From the NCBI GenBank assembly GCA_964342845.1, contig CAYFGV010000006.1, positions 1 to 39,461 of the forward strand: 39,461 nucleotides of DNA, read 5' to 3'. Each line of letters starts with the position of its first letter. Positions within the stretch are counted from its first letter, which is position 1. Shown here one piece after another: positions 9,275-17,103 of the stretch. The stretch comes from Candidatus Woesearchaeota archaeon. GTDB taxonomy: Archaea; Nanobdellota; Nanobdellia; SCGC-AAA011-G17; CAYFGV01. Position numbers and translations under genes: made by a program. The notes beneath the pieces were generated by a model. The model was not told the origin of the DNA. It saw nothing but the letters and a program-made list of their open reading frames with translations, and searched no databases.

Positions 9275-9901
9275 TTAAATTTTTTTATATTGTGGGTTAT
9301 ATTGTTCTCTTTTTTCATTAGGGGTGTTTGCTATTAAGTATAGAATTCTTAGTACAAATTCTAGAAATATTACAAAGACTAGATAATATATTAGAAGATT
9401 TATAAACGAAGGCATTGTTTTTAGAACTTCATAAGATGCTGAGAATGAAAAATAACTCATGTCTACTATAAATACACCTAATAATGCAAAGGGCAACATT
9501 TTAGCTAGATCTTTTGATAATTCTTCATTATAATATGCTGTTATTCTTATTACGGCTACAACACTTATTGAGATTAAGACTACATGTTCTATTACTGGTT
9601 CTGGTGACATGAAAGTTAATAGGGCTGCTAGAGTTCCAAACCAAAAAAATGTTAATACTGGAAATAGTAGTATGTATTCTATAATATATAATATTAAGGC
9701 AAATAATTTTTCTAGTAAAGGATGTCTGGCTCTATTGTATTGTTTGAGATTTAGTTCAAAGATGTCTTTTCTTGCTATAAATCTATAAAATTTGAAAATA
9801 AAGATTGCATATATTGTCATGCCTATAACAAATAGGAATAGTGGTTTAAGTATATCATATGCTTCTGTTATGTTTACTGATGTTAAGTTAGTTGGAAACA
9901 T
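9275..9901 (-). CDS. Hypothetical multi-pass membrane protein
   Basis: About five hydrophobic segments; no motif recognised. Confidence 0.7.
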   Translation of the reverse strand: MFPTNLTSVNITEAYDILKPLFLFVIGMTIYAIFIFKFYRFIARKDIFELNLKQYNRARHPLLEKLFALILYIIEYILLFPVLTFFWFGTLAALLTFMSPEPVIEHVVLISISVVAVIRITAYYNEELSKDLAKMLPFALLGVFIVDMSYFSFSASYEVLKTMPSFINLLIYYLVFVIFLEFVLRILYLIANTPNEKREQYNPQYKKI

Positions 9902-9937
9902 GTTTAGAATCTTGTAGAAAAGAGTTTATAAAGATTT

Positions 9938-11071
9938 TTATTTCTTAATTGCTTCTGCTATAACTTTAGAAACATTTTTATCTAATGGAGAAGGTAAGAT
10001 TTTATTTACTTCTGGTTTTATGTGGTTAGCTAATGCTTCTGCTGCTTTTATTTTCATTTCTTCTGTTATTTTTTTTGCTTTTGAATCTAAAGCTCCTCTG
10101 AAGATTCCTGGAAAAGCTAGAACATTATTTATTTGATTAGGGTGGTCAGATCTTCCTGTTGCTATTATGAAAGCGCCTGCTTTTTTGGCTAGTTCTGGTT
10201 TTATTTCTGGGTCTGGATTTGACATTGCAAAGATAATTGGTTTTTCTGCCATATTTTCAATATCTTTTTGTGTTAAAATGTCTGGTTGAGAAACACCTAT
10301 GAAAACGTCTGTGTTGTGGATGACATCTTTTAGAGAGCCTTTTAGGTTTTCTTTGTTTGTTTTTTCTGCTATTTGTTCTTTGTATTTATTTAAGTTGTTT
10401 CTCCCTTTGTAGATAGCTCCTTTTGAATCTAAGAGTATGATGTTTTTTAAGCCGTAGTTTATTAGTAGGTTTGTTATTGCTATTCCTGCTGCACCTGCTC
10501 CTGACATGACTATTTTTATGTCTTCTATTTTTTTGTTTGCTAATTTTAAAGCGTTAATTAGAGCTGCCAGAGTTACAATTGCTGTTCCGTGTTGATCATC
10601 ATGGAATACTGGAATGTTTAAAAGTTCTTTTAGTTTTTCTTCAATTTCAAAGCATCTTGGAGCTGAAATGTCTTCAAGGTTAATTCCTCCAAAGCCGGGT
10701 GAAATTAATTTTGTTGTTTTAATTATGTCCTCGGGTTCTTGTGAATCTATACAAATAGGATAAGCATCTATGTTTGCAAATTCTTTGAAAAGAACTGCTT
10801 TTCCTTCCATTACTGGATAAGCTGCTTCTGGACCAATGTTTCCTAGGCCTAGAACTGCTGAGCCGTCTGTTACAACTGCTACTGAATTTGATTTTGGAGT
10901 GTATTTATAAGCTAGGTCTTTATTTTTTGAAATTTCTACACATGGTTGAGCTACACCTGGTGTGTAGGCTATGGATAAATCATCTTTTGTTTTTATAGGT
11001 GTTTTTGATTTTATTTCTAGTTTTCCTTTTAATTTTTCGTGAAGGATTAGTGATTGTTTTTTGTAGTCCAT
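9938..11071 (-). CDS. NAD(P)-dependent malic enzyme (small, PTA-less type)
   Basis: [53 protein letters not shown]. Confidence 0.95.
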   Translation of the reverse strand: MDYKKQSLILHEKLKGKLEIKSKTPIKTKDDLSIAYTPGVAQPCVEISKNKDLAYKYTPKSNSVAVVTDGSAVLGLGNIGPEAAYPVMEGKAVLFKEFANIDAYPICIDSQEPEDIIKTTKLISPGFGGINLEDISAPRCFEIEEKLKELLNIPVFHDDQHGTAIVTLAALINALKLANKKIEDIKIVMSGAGAAGIAITNLLINYGLKNIILLDSKGAIYKGRNNLNKYKEQIAEKTNKENLKGSLKDVIHNTDVFIGVSQPDILTQKDIENMAEKPIIFAMSNPDPEIKPELAKKAGAFIIATGRSDHPNQINNVLAFPGIFRGALDSKAKKITEEMKIKAAEALANHIKPEVNKILPSPLDKNVSKVIAEAIKK

Positions 11072-11170
11072 TTGAGTTTGGAGATTATTTTCTTTTATAA
11101 AGATTTAGGTTTTTTAAAGGATTTTGAATTAGATAGTAACATTTATATTCTAGTTAGATTACACTAAAAT

Positions 11171-11692
11171 ATGACTAATGAATTCCCTGCTGGTAATTGT
11201 TATATATGTGATGAAAGAATTGGAGATAAGAAAGAAGGGTTCATCGTGGCAAGTAATTTTGTTGATTATTTAGATAGTAGGTTGTTAAATTATGATAGTT
11301 CACATGAAAGACTTTTGGAATCAGAAGAATCAGAATTTGTTAATGTTATAACTTCAAATTATTTTTCCCAATTCTATGACCATTTTCATCCAAATAAGGC
11401 TAGAGTAATTGAATTAGGAGAATTTTCTACGGAAATGGCGGTAGAGGCTAAGGCACATAAATATAGGTTAGAAAGAATTTTAACTAAAAAACCAGAAGGG
11501 TTTTTGTTTTTGTTTGGACACGGTGTATGTATTCCAGAAAAGACATATGAAATTGGACTTGCTAATATTGATACTAGGGAAAAGGCATTGCAATGGACAA
11601 GGCATTTAGGTGAGAAGCCGTGGTTTAATTTGAAGGGGTGGTTACATATTTTGGACAGTTTATATGAACACCAGTCTATAAGGAGTTTCTAA
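11171..11692 (+). CDS. Hypothetical protein, possibly Zn-binding (CxxC ... HxxC)
   Basis: CYIC and HGVC motifs; TTTATA box about 25 nt upstream of the ATG. Confidence 0.6.
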   Translation: MTNEFPAGNCYICDERIGDKKEGFIVASNFVDYLDSRLLNYDSSHERLLESEESEFVNVITSNYFSQFYDHFHPNKARVIELGEFSTEMAVEAKAHKYRLERILTKKPEGFLFLFGHGVCIPEKTYEIGLANIDTREKALQWTRHLGEKPWFNLKGWLHILDSLYEHQSIRSF

Positions 11693-11740
11693 ATTTTTTC
11701 GTAACCTTTAAAAACACAAAGCTAATTTAAAAGCATAGAA

Positions 11741-14700
11741 ATGACAAAAATAAAACAAATAACAGCTAAAGGGTTTAAGTCTTTTGCAACTAGAATTGAT
11801 CTTGTTTTTGGAGATGGATTTAATATAATTATAGGACCGAATGGCAGTGGGAAATCGAATGTAGTAGATTCTTTGTGTTTTGTGCTAGGAAAATCTAGTG
11901 CTAAAGGATTAAGAGCTGAAAAGTCTGCTAACTTAATATATAATGGTGGGAAAAAGGGTAAACCTGCTAAAGAAGCAGAAGTAAATATTGTTTTTTGTAA
12001 TGAAAAGAGTACGTTTCCTTTAAATGAAAAAGAGATTGTGGTGAGTAGAATTGTTAAGAAAGGTGGAAATTCTGTTTATAAATTAAATGGTAAGACTAAG
12101 ACAAGACAAGAAGTTATAGATTTATTAAATAATGCAGGTATTGATCCTGATGGTCATAATATAATTTTGCAAGGCGACATTGTTCATTTTATGGAGATGA
12201 AATCTATAGAAAGGAGAGAAGTTGTAGAAGAGATAGCTGGAATTTCTATTTTTGATGATAAGAAGAATAAGGCTTTAAAGGAGTTAGAAAAAGTTCAAGA
12301 AAAATTAACAGAGGCAGATATTATTTTAACAGAAAGGGAAGCTAATTTGAGGGAGTTAAAGAAAGATAGAGACCAGGCTAAACAATATAAAGAATTAGAA
12401 TCTAAGATTAAGGATAATAAGGCTACTTTTTTACATATTAAAATAAAGGGTAAGAATGATAAAAAAACTGCAGTTGAAGGAAAGATAAAAGATTTTGATG
12501 TTAAAATTGAACAGATTAATTCTAAGATTAAGGAATTTAAAACAAGAATAACTGATAAAAGAGAACAAATAAATCAGATAAATTCAGAGATAGAGAGTAA
12601 AGGTGAAAAAGAACAATTGGTTTTAAGGCAAGAAATTTCTGAATTGAAGGAAGAAGTTATTAAGAATAAATCAAGAATTGATGTTTTAAAAAATGAAATG
12701 TTAAAGATCAATGAGAGGAAAAAACAACTTAAGGCTAATTTAAGTGAGACGAATAAAGAGATTAAAGAGTTGGAAAATCAAAAAAGGAGTTTAAATAATT
12801 CTATAAAGGATGTTTATTTAAAAGAAGAGAGTGTGCAAAGAGAGATAAGGAAGTTTAAAGAAAAACATGGAATTGATAAAGTAGGTGATTTGAATGAGAA
12901 ACTTAATTCTTTGGATAGGGAGATAGAAGAGAAAAATAATTTGCTTTTAAGGGCGAATGAAGAGAAACAAGAATTGTTAAGAGAGAAGGATAGAATTGAG
13001 TATGAGATAAACCATATTAATACTGTTTTGGAAAACTTCTCTGGGAAAGATGCTTTAAGGTTAAAAGACTTGAGGAAAAACTTCAAAGATGTTAATAATA
13101 GGTTGGGTAGATGTTTAAATGAAGAGTCTGCTTTTTCTGCTCAGTTAAGTAATGCTAGACGGAAATTAGTTGCTAATAATGAAGAATTAGCCAGGTTGAA
13201 AGCAAGAAATGCAGGGTTGAGAGAGTTAAATTCTGGAGATTATGCTATTCGGAAGGTTAAGGAATCTAAGGGTGTTTATGGTACTGTTGGAGAGTTGGCT
13301 GCTGTTCAAGACGAGTATGCTTTATCTTTAGAGGTTGCTGCAGGTCCTAGAATTAATAGTATGGTTGTTAAGGACGATGTGGTTGCAGCTAAGTGTATTA
13401 AGATGTTAAAAGAGAGTAGATTAGGTGTTGTTACTTTCTTGCCTTTGAATACTTTAAGGAGAAGAGTTGATAGTCTAAGGGGTTTTAAAGTAGATGGTGT
13501 GGTTGGAAAAGCTATTGATTTGGTTGATTATGATAAGAAATATGAAGCAGTATTTGACTATGTTTTTGGAAGTACGTTAGTTGTTAAAGATATTAATATA
13601 GCTCGAAGAATTGGGATAGGAAGGGCTAGAATGGTTACCTTAGATGGAGATTTAATGGAGCCTAGTGGTGCTATGGTTGGCGGATTTAGGAAAAAGATGG
13701 GTAGGTTTAACCAGAAAGAGGTTGAAGGCAAAATCAAAGAATTTAGTTCTGAGATTGACAGACTTGGTAAGATTATTTCTAGTTTAGAATCTAAGAAAAG
13801 CAATAATGATGATGAGATTAGTGTTTTGAGAGAAAAAAAAGCTGAGTTAGAGGGTGAAATTATTAAAATTGAGAAGAGTTTAGGTGGAGAAGCTATTCAA
13901 GATTTAATGGATAAAAAGAAGAGTTTTACTATTAAGTTAAGAGATCTTTTGAGTGGTTTGAAACAAGTAGATGTTAAGGTTAATGGTGTGGTTAATGGTT
14001 TTAATGTTTTGAAAAAAGAAAGAGAACTTATAAGAAATAAATTGAACCAGAATCCAGAGATTGTAGAAGGTCTTGAATTGTTGGAAGGAAAGAGAAGTAA
14101 GTTTAAAGAGAGGAGTTTTGAAATTGGTTCTGAAATAAAGAATATAGATAATAAGATTGAGATGATTTTATCAGAGAATGAAAAGGTTGAGAGAATTATT
14201 AAAGAAGCTGATAAAGAAAAAGAAGAATTTGGAGTTGAGCTTGAAAGTTTATTAGATGAGATTAAAGGTAGTGTTTCTGATTTGAAAGTTAAAGAGAAAA
14301 AAGAGCAGGAATTTTATGGGAAGTTCAAAGATTTAGCAGCTAAGAGAAATAAATTTGGAGATGATATCCAGAAAATTGAAGATTTTATTATTAATGAAGA
14401 GGAGAGAGTTAGAGGGGTTGAGAGCAGACGTAATGATGTTGCTATTGTTAGAGCTAAGATAGTTGCTGAGATTGAGGCTTTTGAAAAAGAGTTTGAGATG
14501 TATAAGGATGGAAAGATTCGTCGTGGTATTAGTTTTGAAGAGTTGAAAAGTGAAATTGATGAATTCGATAAAATGATTAGAAGGATAGGTAATGTTAATT
14601 TAAGGGCTTTAGAGGTTTACGAAGATATCAAGAAAGATTATGAGAAGTTATTAGAGAAAGTTGATAAGATAAAAGTAGAGAAAGAAGATGTTTTAGATGT

Positions 14701-15172
14701 TATTTCACAGATTGATCAAACAAAAACAGTTGCTTTTATGAAGACTTTTAATGATTTAAAGAAGAATTTTGAGGAGATTTTTGGTAGTTTGAGTTCTAAA
14801 GGAGATGCTCATTTAGATTTAGAGAATAAAGAAGAGCCTTTAGAAGGTGGTGTAGATATTAAAGTTAGAATTGCTGGTAATAAATTTTTAGATATTAGGG
14901 GTTTAAGTGGTGGAGAGAAGACTTTAGCTGCTTTGTCGTTTATATTTGCTATACAAGAGTTTAATCCTGCTTCATTTTATTTAATGGATGAGGTTGATGC
15001 TGCTTTAGATAAACATAACTCTGAGAAGTTAAGTAAATTAATTGGTAAATATGCTAAAATGGCACAGTACATTGTTATAAGTCATAATGATAATGTTATT
15101 TCTGAGGCTGAGCAAATTTATGGGGTTTCTATGAAAGAAGGGATAAGTAAGGTTGTTAGTTTAAGGGTTTAG
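11741..15172 (+). CDS. smc: Chromosome segregation protein SMC
   Basis: Walker A GPNGSGKSN, hinge GVYGTVGEL...GAMVGG, LSGGEKT, MDEVDAALD, ISHN; 1143 aa. Confidence 0.96.
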   Translation: MTKIKQITAKGFKSFATRIDLVFGDGFNIIIGPNGSGKSNVVDSLCFVLGKSSAKGLRAEKSANLIYNGGKKGKPAKEAEVNIVFCNEKSTFPLNEKEIVVSRIVKKGGNSVYKLNGKTKTRQEVIDLLNNAGIDPDGHNIILQGDIVHFMEMKSIERREVVEEIAGISIFDDKKNKALKELEKVQEKLTEADIILTEREANLRELKKDRDQAKQYKELESKIKDNKATFLHIKIKGKNDKKTAVEGKIKDFDVKIEQINSKIKEFKTRITDKREQINQINSEIESKGEKEQLVLRQEISELKEEVIKNKSRIDVLKNEMLKINERKKQLKANLSETNKEIKELENQKRSLNNSIKDVYLKEESVQREIRKFKEKHGIDKVGDLNEKLNSLDREIEEKNNLLLRANEEKQELLREKDRIEYEINHINTVLENFSGKDALRLKDLRKNFKDVNNRLGRCLNEESAFSAQLSNARRKLVANNEELARLKARNAGLRELNSGDYAIRKVKESKGVYGTVGELAAVQDEYALSLEVAAGPRINSMVVKDDVVAAKCIKMLKESRLGVVTFLPLNTLRRRVDSLRGFKVDGVVGKAIDLVDYDKKYEAVFDYVFGSTLVVKDINIARRIGIGRARMVTLDGDLMEPSGAMVGGFRKKMGRFNQKEVEGKIKEFSSEIDRLGKIISSLESKKSNNDDEISVLREKKAELEGEIIKIEKSLGGEAIQDLMDKKKSFTIKLRDLLSGLKQVDVKVNGVVNGFNVLKKERELIRNKLNQNPEIVEGLELLEGKRSKFKERSFEIGSEIKNIDNKIEMILSENEKVERIIKEADKEKEEFGVELESLLDEIKGSVSDLKVKEKKEQEFYGKFKDLAAKRNKFGDDIQKIEDFIINEEERVRGVESRRNDVAIVRAKIVAEIEAFEKEFEMYKDGKIRRGISFEELKSEIDEFDKMIRRIGNVNLRALEVYEDIKKDYEKLLEKVDKIKVEKEDVLDVISQIDQTKTVAFMKTFNDLKKNFEEIFGSLSSKGDAHLDLENKEEPLEGGVDIKVRIAGNKFLDIRGLSGGEKTLAALSFIFAIQEFNPASFYLMDEVDAALDKHNSEKLSKLIGKYAKMAQYIVISHNDNVISEAEQIYGVSMKEGISKVVSLRV

Positions 15173-15213
15173 AGAGGAACTTTTATATACTACAAAACAA
15201 GATGTCTAAAATA

Positions 15214-15828
15214 ATGAAGATTAAAATCAAAGAAACTGCGCTCCTTGTTATTGATGTTACTAATTGTTGTTGCCATCCAAAGTGTGAGATAAAAAAATGG
15301 AACATTTCTTTTACTAAAATTCGAAAAATGGTTCCAAAACTTAAGAAGTTTATTTCACAATATAGAAATGCTGGTGGTCGAGTGGTCTTTGTCAATTGTA
15401 CTCCTTGGAAAAAGGAGTTTTTAACTAAGAATATTATTGAATTATATAAAGATCCAAAATGTAAATATTATTCTTCAGATAAAACAGGATTTAGTGAGAA
15501 ATTTTTTGAAGTAGAACCTAGAAAAGATGATTTAATTATAACTAAAAATACTTATGATGCTTTTACAAATCCTAAATTAGATAAATTCTTGAAAAAACAG
15601 AAAATAAAATATCTTGTTGTTGCTGGTGTTTTTGGCGATGGGTGTGTGGAATCAACAATTCAAGGCGGCTTTTCAGCAGGATATAATTTTATTATATTGA
15701 AAGATTTGATAGAAACAACGGATGTTGAAATTAGACAAAAGTTACAAAAGTTGTTGAAAGAATTTACTTGGCCAGTTATGTTCGGAAAGACGATTAATTC
15801 TAAAAGTTTTTTTGATTTTGTAAAATAA
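15214..15828 (+). CDS. Isochorismatase-family cysteine hydrolase
   Basis: ALLVID, IITKNTYDAF and GVFGDGCV (Asp-Lys-Cys triad); ATG 15214 preferred because TTTATATA lies at 15182-15189 (ORF track starts at 15202). Confidence 0.88.
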   Translation: MKIKIKETALLVIDVTNCCCHPKCEIKKWNISFTKIRKMVPKLKKFISQYRNAGGRVVFVNCTPWKKEFLTKNIIELYKDPKCKYYSSDKTGFSEKFFEVEPRKDDLIITKNTYDAFTNPKLDKFLKKQKIKYLVVAGVFGDGCVESTIQGGFSAGYNFIILKDLIETTDVEIRQKLQKLLKEFTWPVMFGKTINSKSFFDFVK

Positions 15829-15907
15829 AAGAATATTTGGATAAATTTTATAAAGAATGGGAAGGAGAATGACTGTGTTTTTATAAATCATTTAAAAATA
15901 CTTGGCT

Positions 15908-17023
15908 TTAATAATGTAGATAAAGAGCTTCTACTTCTTCTTGTTCTAAGGCTCTATTGTAGATCTTTACTTCATCTATTCTGCCATCGAAATATTGACT
16001 AGGATTGCTATTATAATCTTGCCTTCTTCCAATGTTAACAGAATATGGTCCATCTGCTATTGGATTTGAAGGATTCTTATAATCTAAAGAATTTTCTAAA
16101 AAACCGTTTTTGTATCCATTAAATGTTTTTGATGTGTGGTCTCTGACAAGGACTATATGAATCCATTCGCCTGCAGGAGCTCCATTTGAAACGATTGACC
16201 AATAACCATCAAGGTCGTTACCATTTCCGTGATAGAATCCATAACTATCGTCCCATTCAGCTACTAAGTCAAATTCATATTGAACGTCTTTACTTATTAT
16301 AGTGTGTCTATCGACTCCAGAGATATAATCGTTTCGGTAAATCCATGCCTCTATTGTTAAGTCTTCTGTTACGCTAAGCTCCTCGCTATCTGGTACCTTT
16401 ACATAATCATCTACACCATCAAACTCTAAACAACTGCCAGATTTACAATCTGTTGTCCATGTTGGACCTTCTTTTAAACTTCCATCGTTTTCATATTCAG
16501 AATTATCATAAGCCATATCTCCAGAACCTTCATCAAAACTTAATGAAAGAACTACATCTGTAAAATCTTCTTCTATGTTTGTAATTTCTTCTTCTACATT
16601 AGTAACTATTGTTGATTGTCCTTGGTATTCTATTGTTGGTAATACTGTTATTTTATTTACTAGGCCTGTTGTTAAAATATCATAAGTGAATTCAATTGTT
16701 TGGGTGTTGAATGCTTCTATCCTTTGGTTCTCCTATACGTTCTCTATTCCATTTGGGCCTTCTACAAGAATTTTAAATCCTGTGATAGCTTCTTCATTAT
16801 TGTTTTCTATTTGTAAGTAAATTGTATCTATTGATTCTTTTGCACTTAAAACATCAAATGAGAAATAAGCTATTTCTAGTTCATATTCTACGTCTTCACT
16901 TGTTTCTTCTGTTGTTGTTTGTATAAAACTAGAACCCTATTGTAAAACAACTACTGCTAGTATTATTACTGTTCCTATTAATAATACTGTAGCAATTAAT
17001 GGCGAAATACCTCTTTTCTTCAT
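15908..17023 (-). pseudogene. Pilin-LamG fusion interrupted by two in-frame TAG codons
   Basis: Hand translation from ATG 17023 gives MKKRGISPLIATVLLIGTVIILAVVVLQ*GSSF...GIENV*ENQR...LSFDEGSGD, in frame into the 202-aa LamG ORF (FDGVDDYV, TIEAWI, WIHIV, FDGRIDEVKIYNRAL); TAG at 16937-16939 and 16733-16735. Confidence 0.85.
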
Positions 17024-17045
17024 AAGATCTATTTTTAGGAATTGT

Positions 17046-17055
17046 TATTTATATA
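17046..17055 (-). promoter_or_regulatory. TATA box of the pilin-LamG gene (leaderless spacing)
   Basis: TATATAAATA ending 22 nt upstream of ATG 17023, preceded by an A-run. Confidence 0.6.
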
Positions 17056-17103
17056 TTTTTTCTTTTTTTGGTAGTTTTTTTAAAAAATAGGAAAGAAATT
17101 TTT

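Noticed and set aside
3019..15172. SMC-based defence system (Wadjet/Lamassu-like)
   Set aside because: One ATPase has a Zn hook and an Mre11 partner (Rad50) and the other has a canonical hinge (SMC); no defence effector genes are adjacent
15908..16516. Stand-alone 202-aa LamG gene
   Set aside because: The ATG lies inside the LamG N-terminal motif (LSFDEGSGD-M-AYD) and the frame continues upstream to a pilin signal peptide
16733..16939. Genome-wide TAG recoding (e.g. Pyl or Gln) as the explanation for the two in-frame ambers
   Set aside because: TAG ends smc (15170-15172), xpd, oapB, SBDS and psmA at plausible natural C-termini in this window, so TAG is a normal stop
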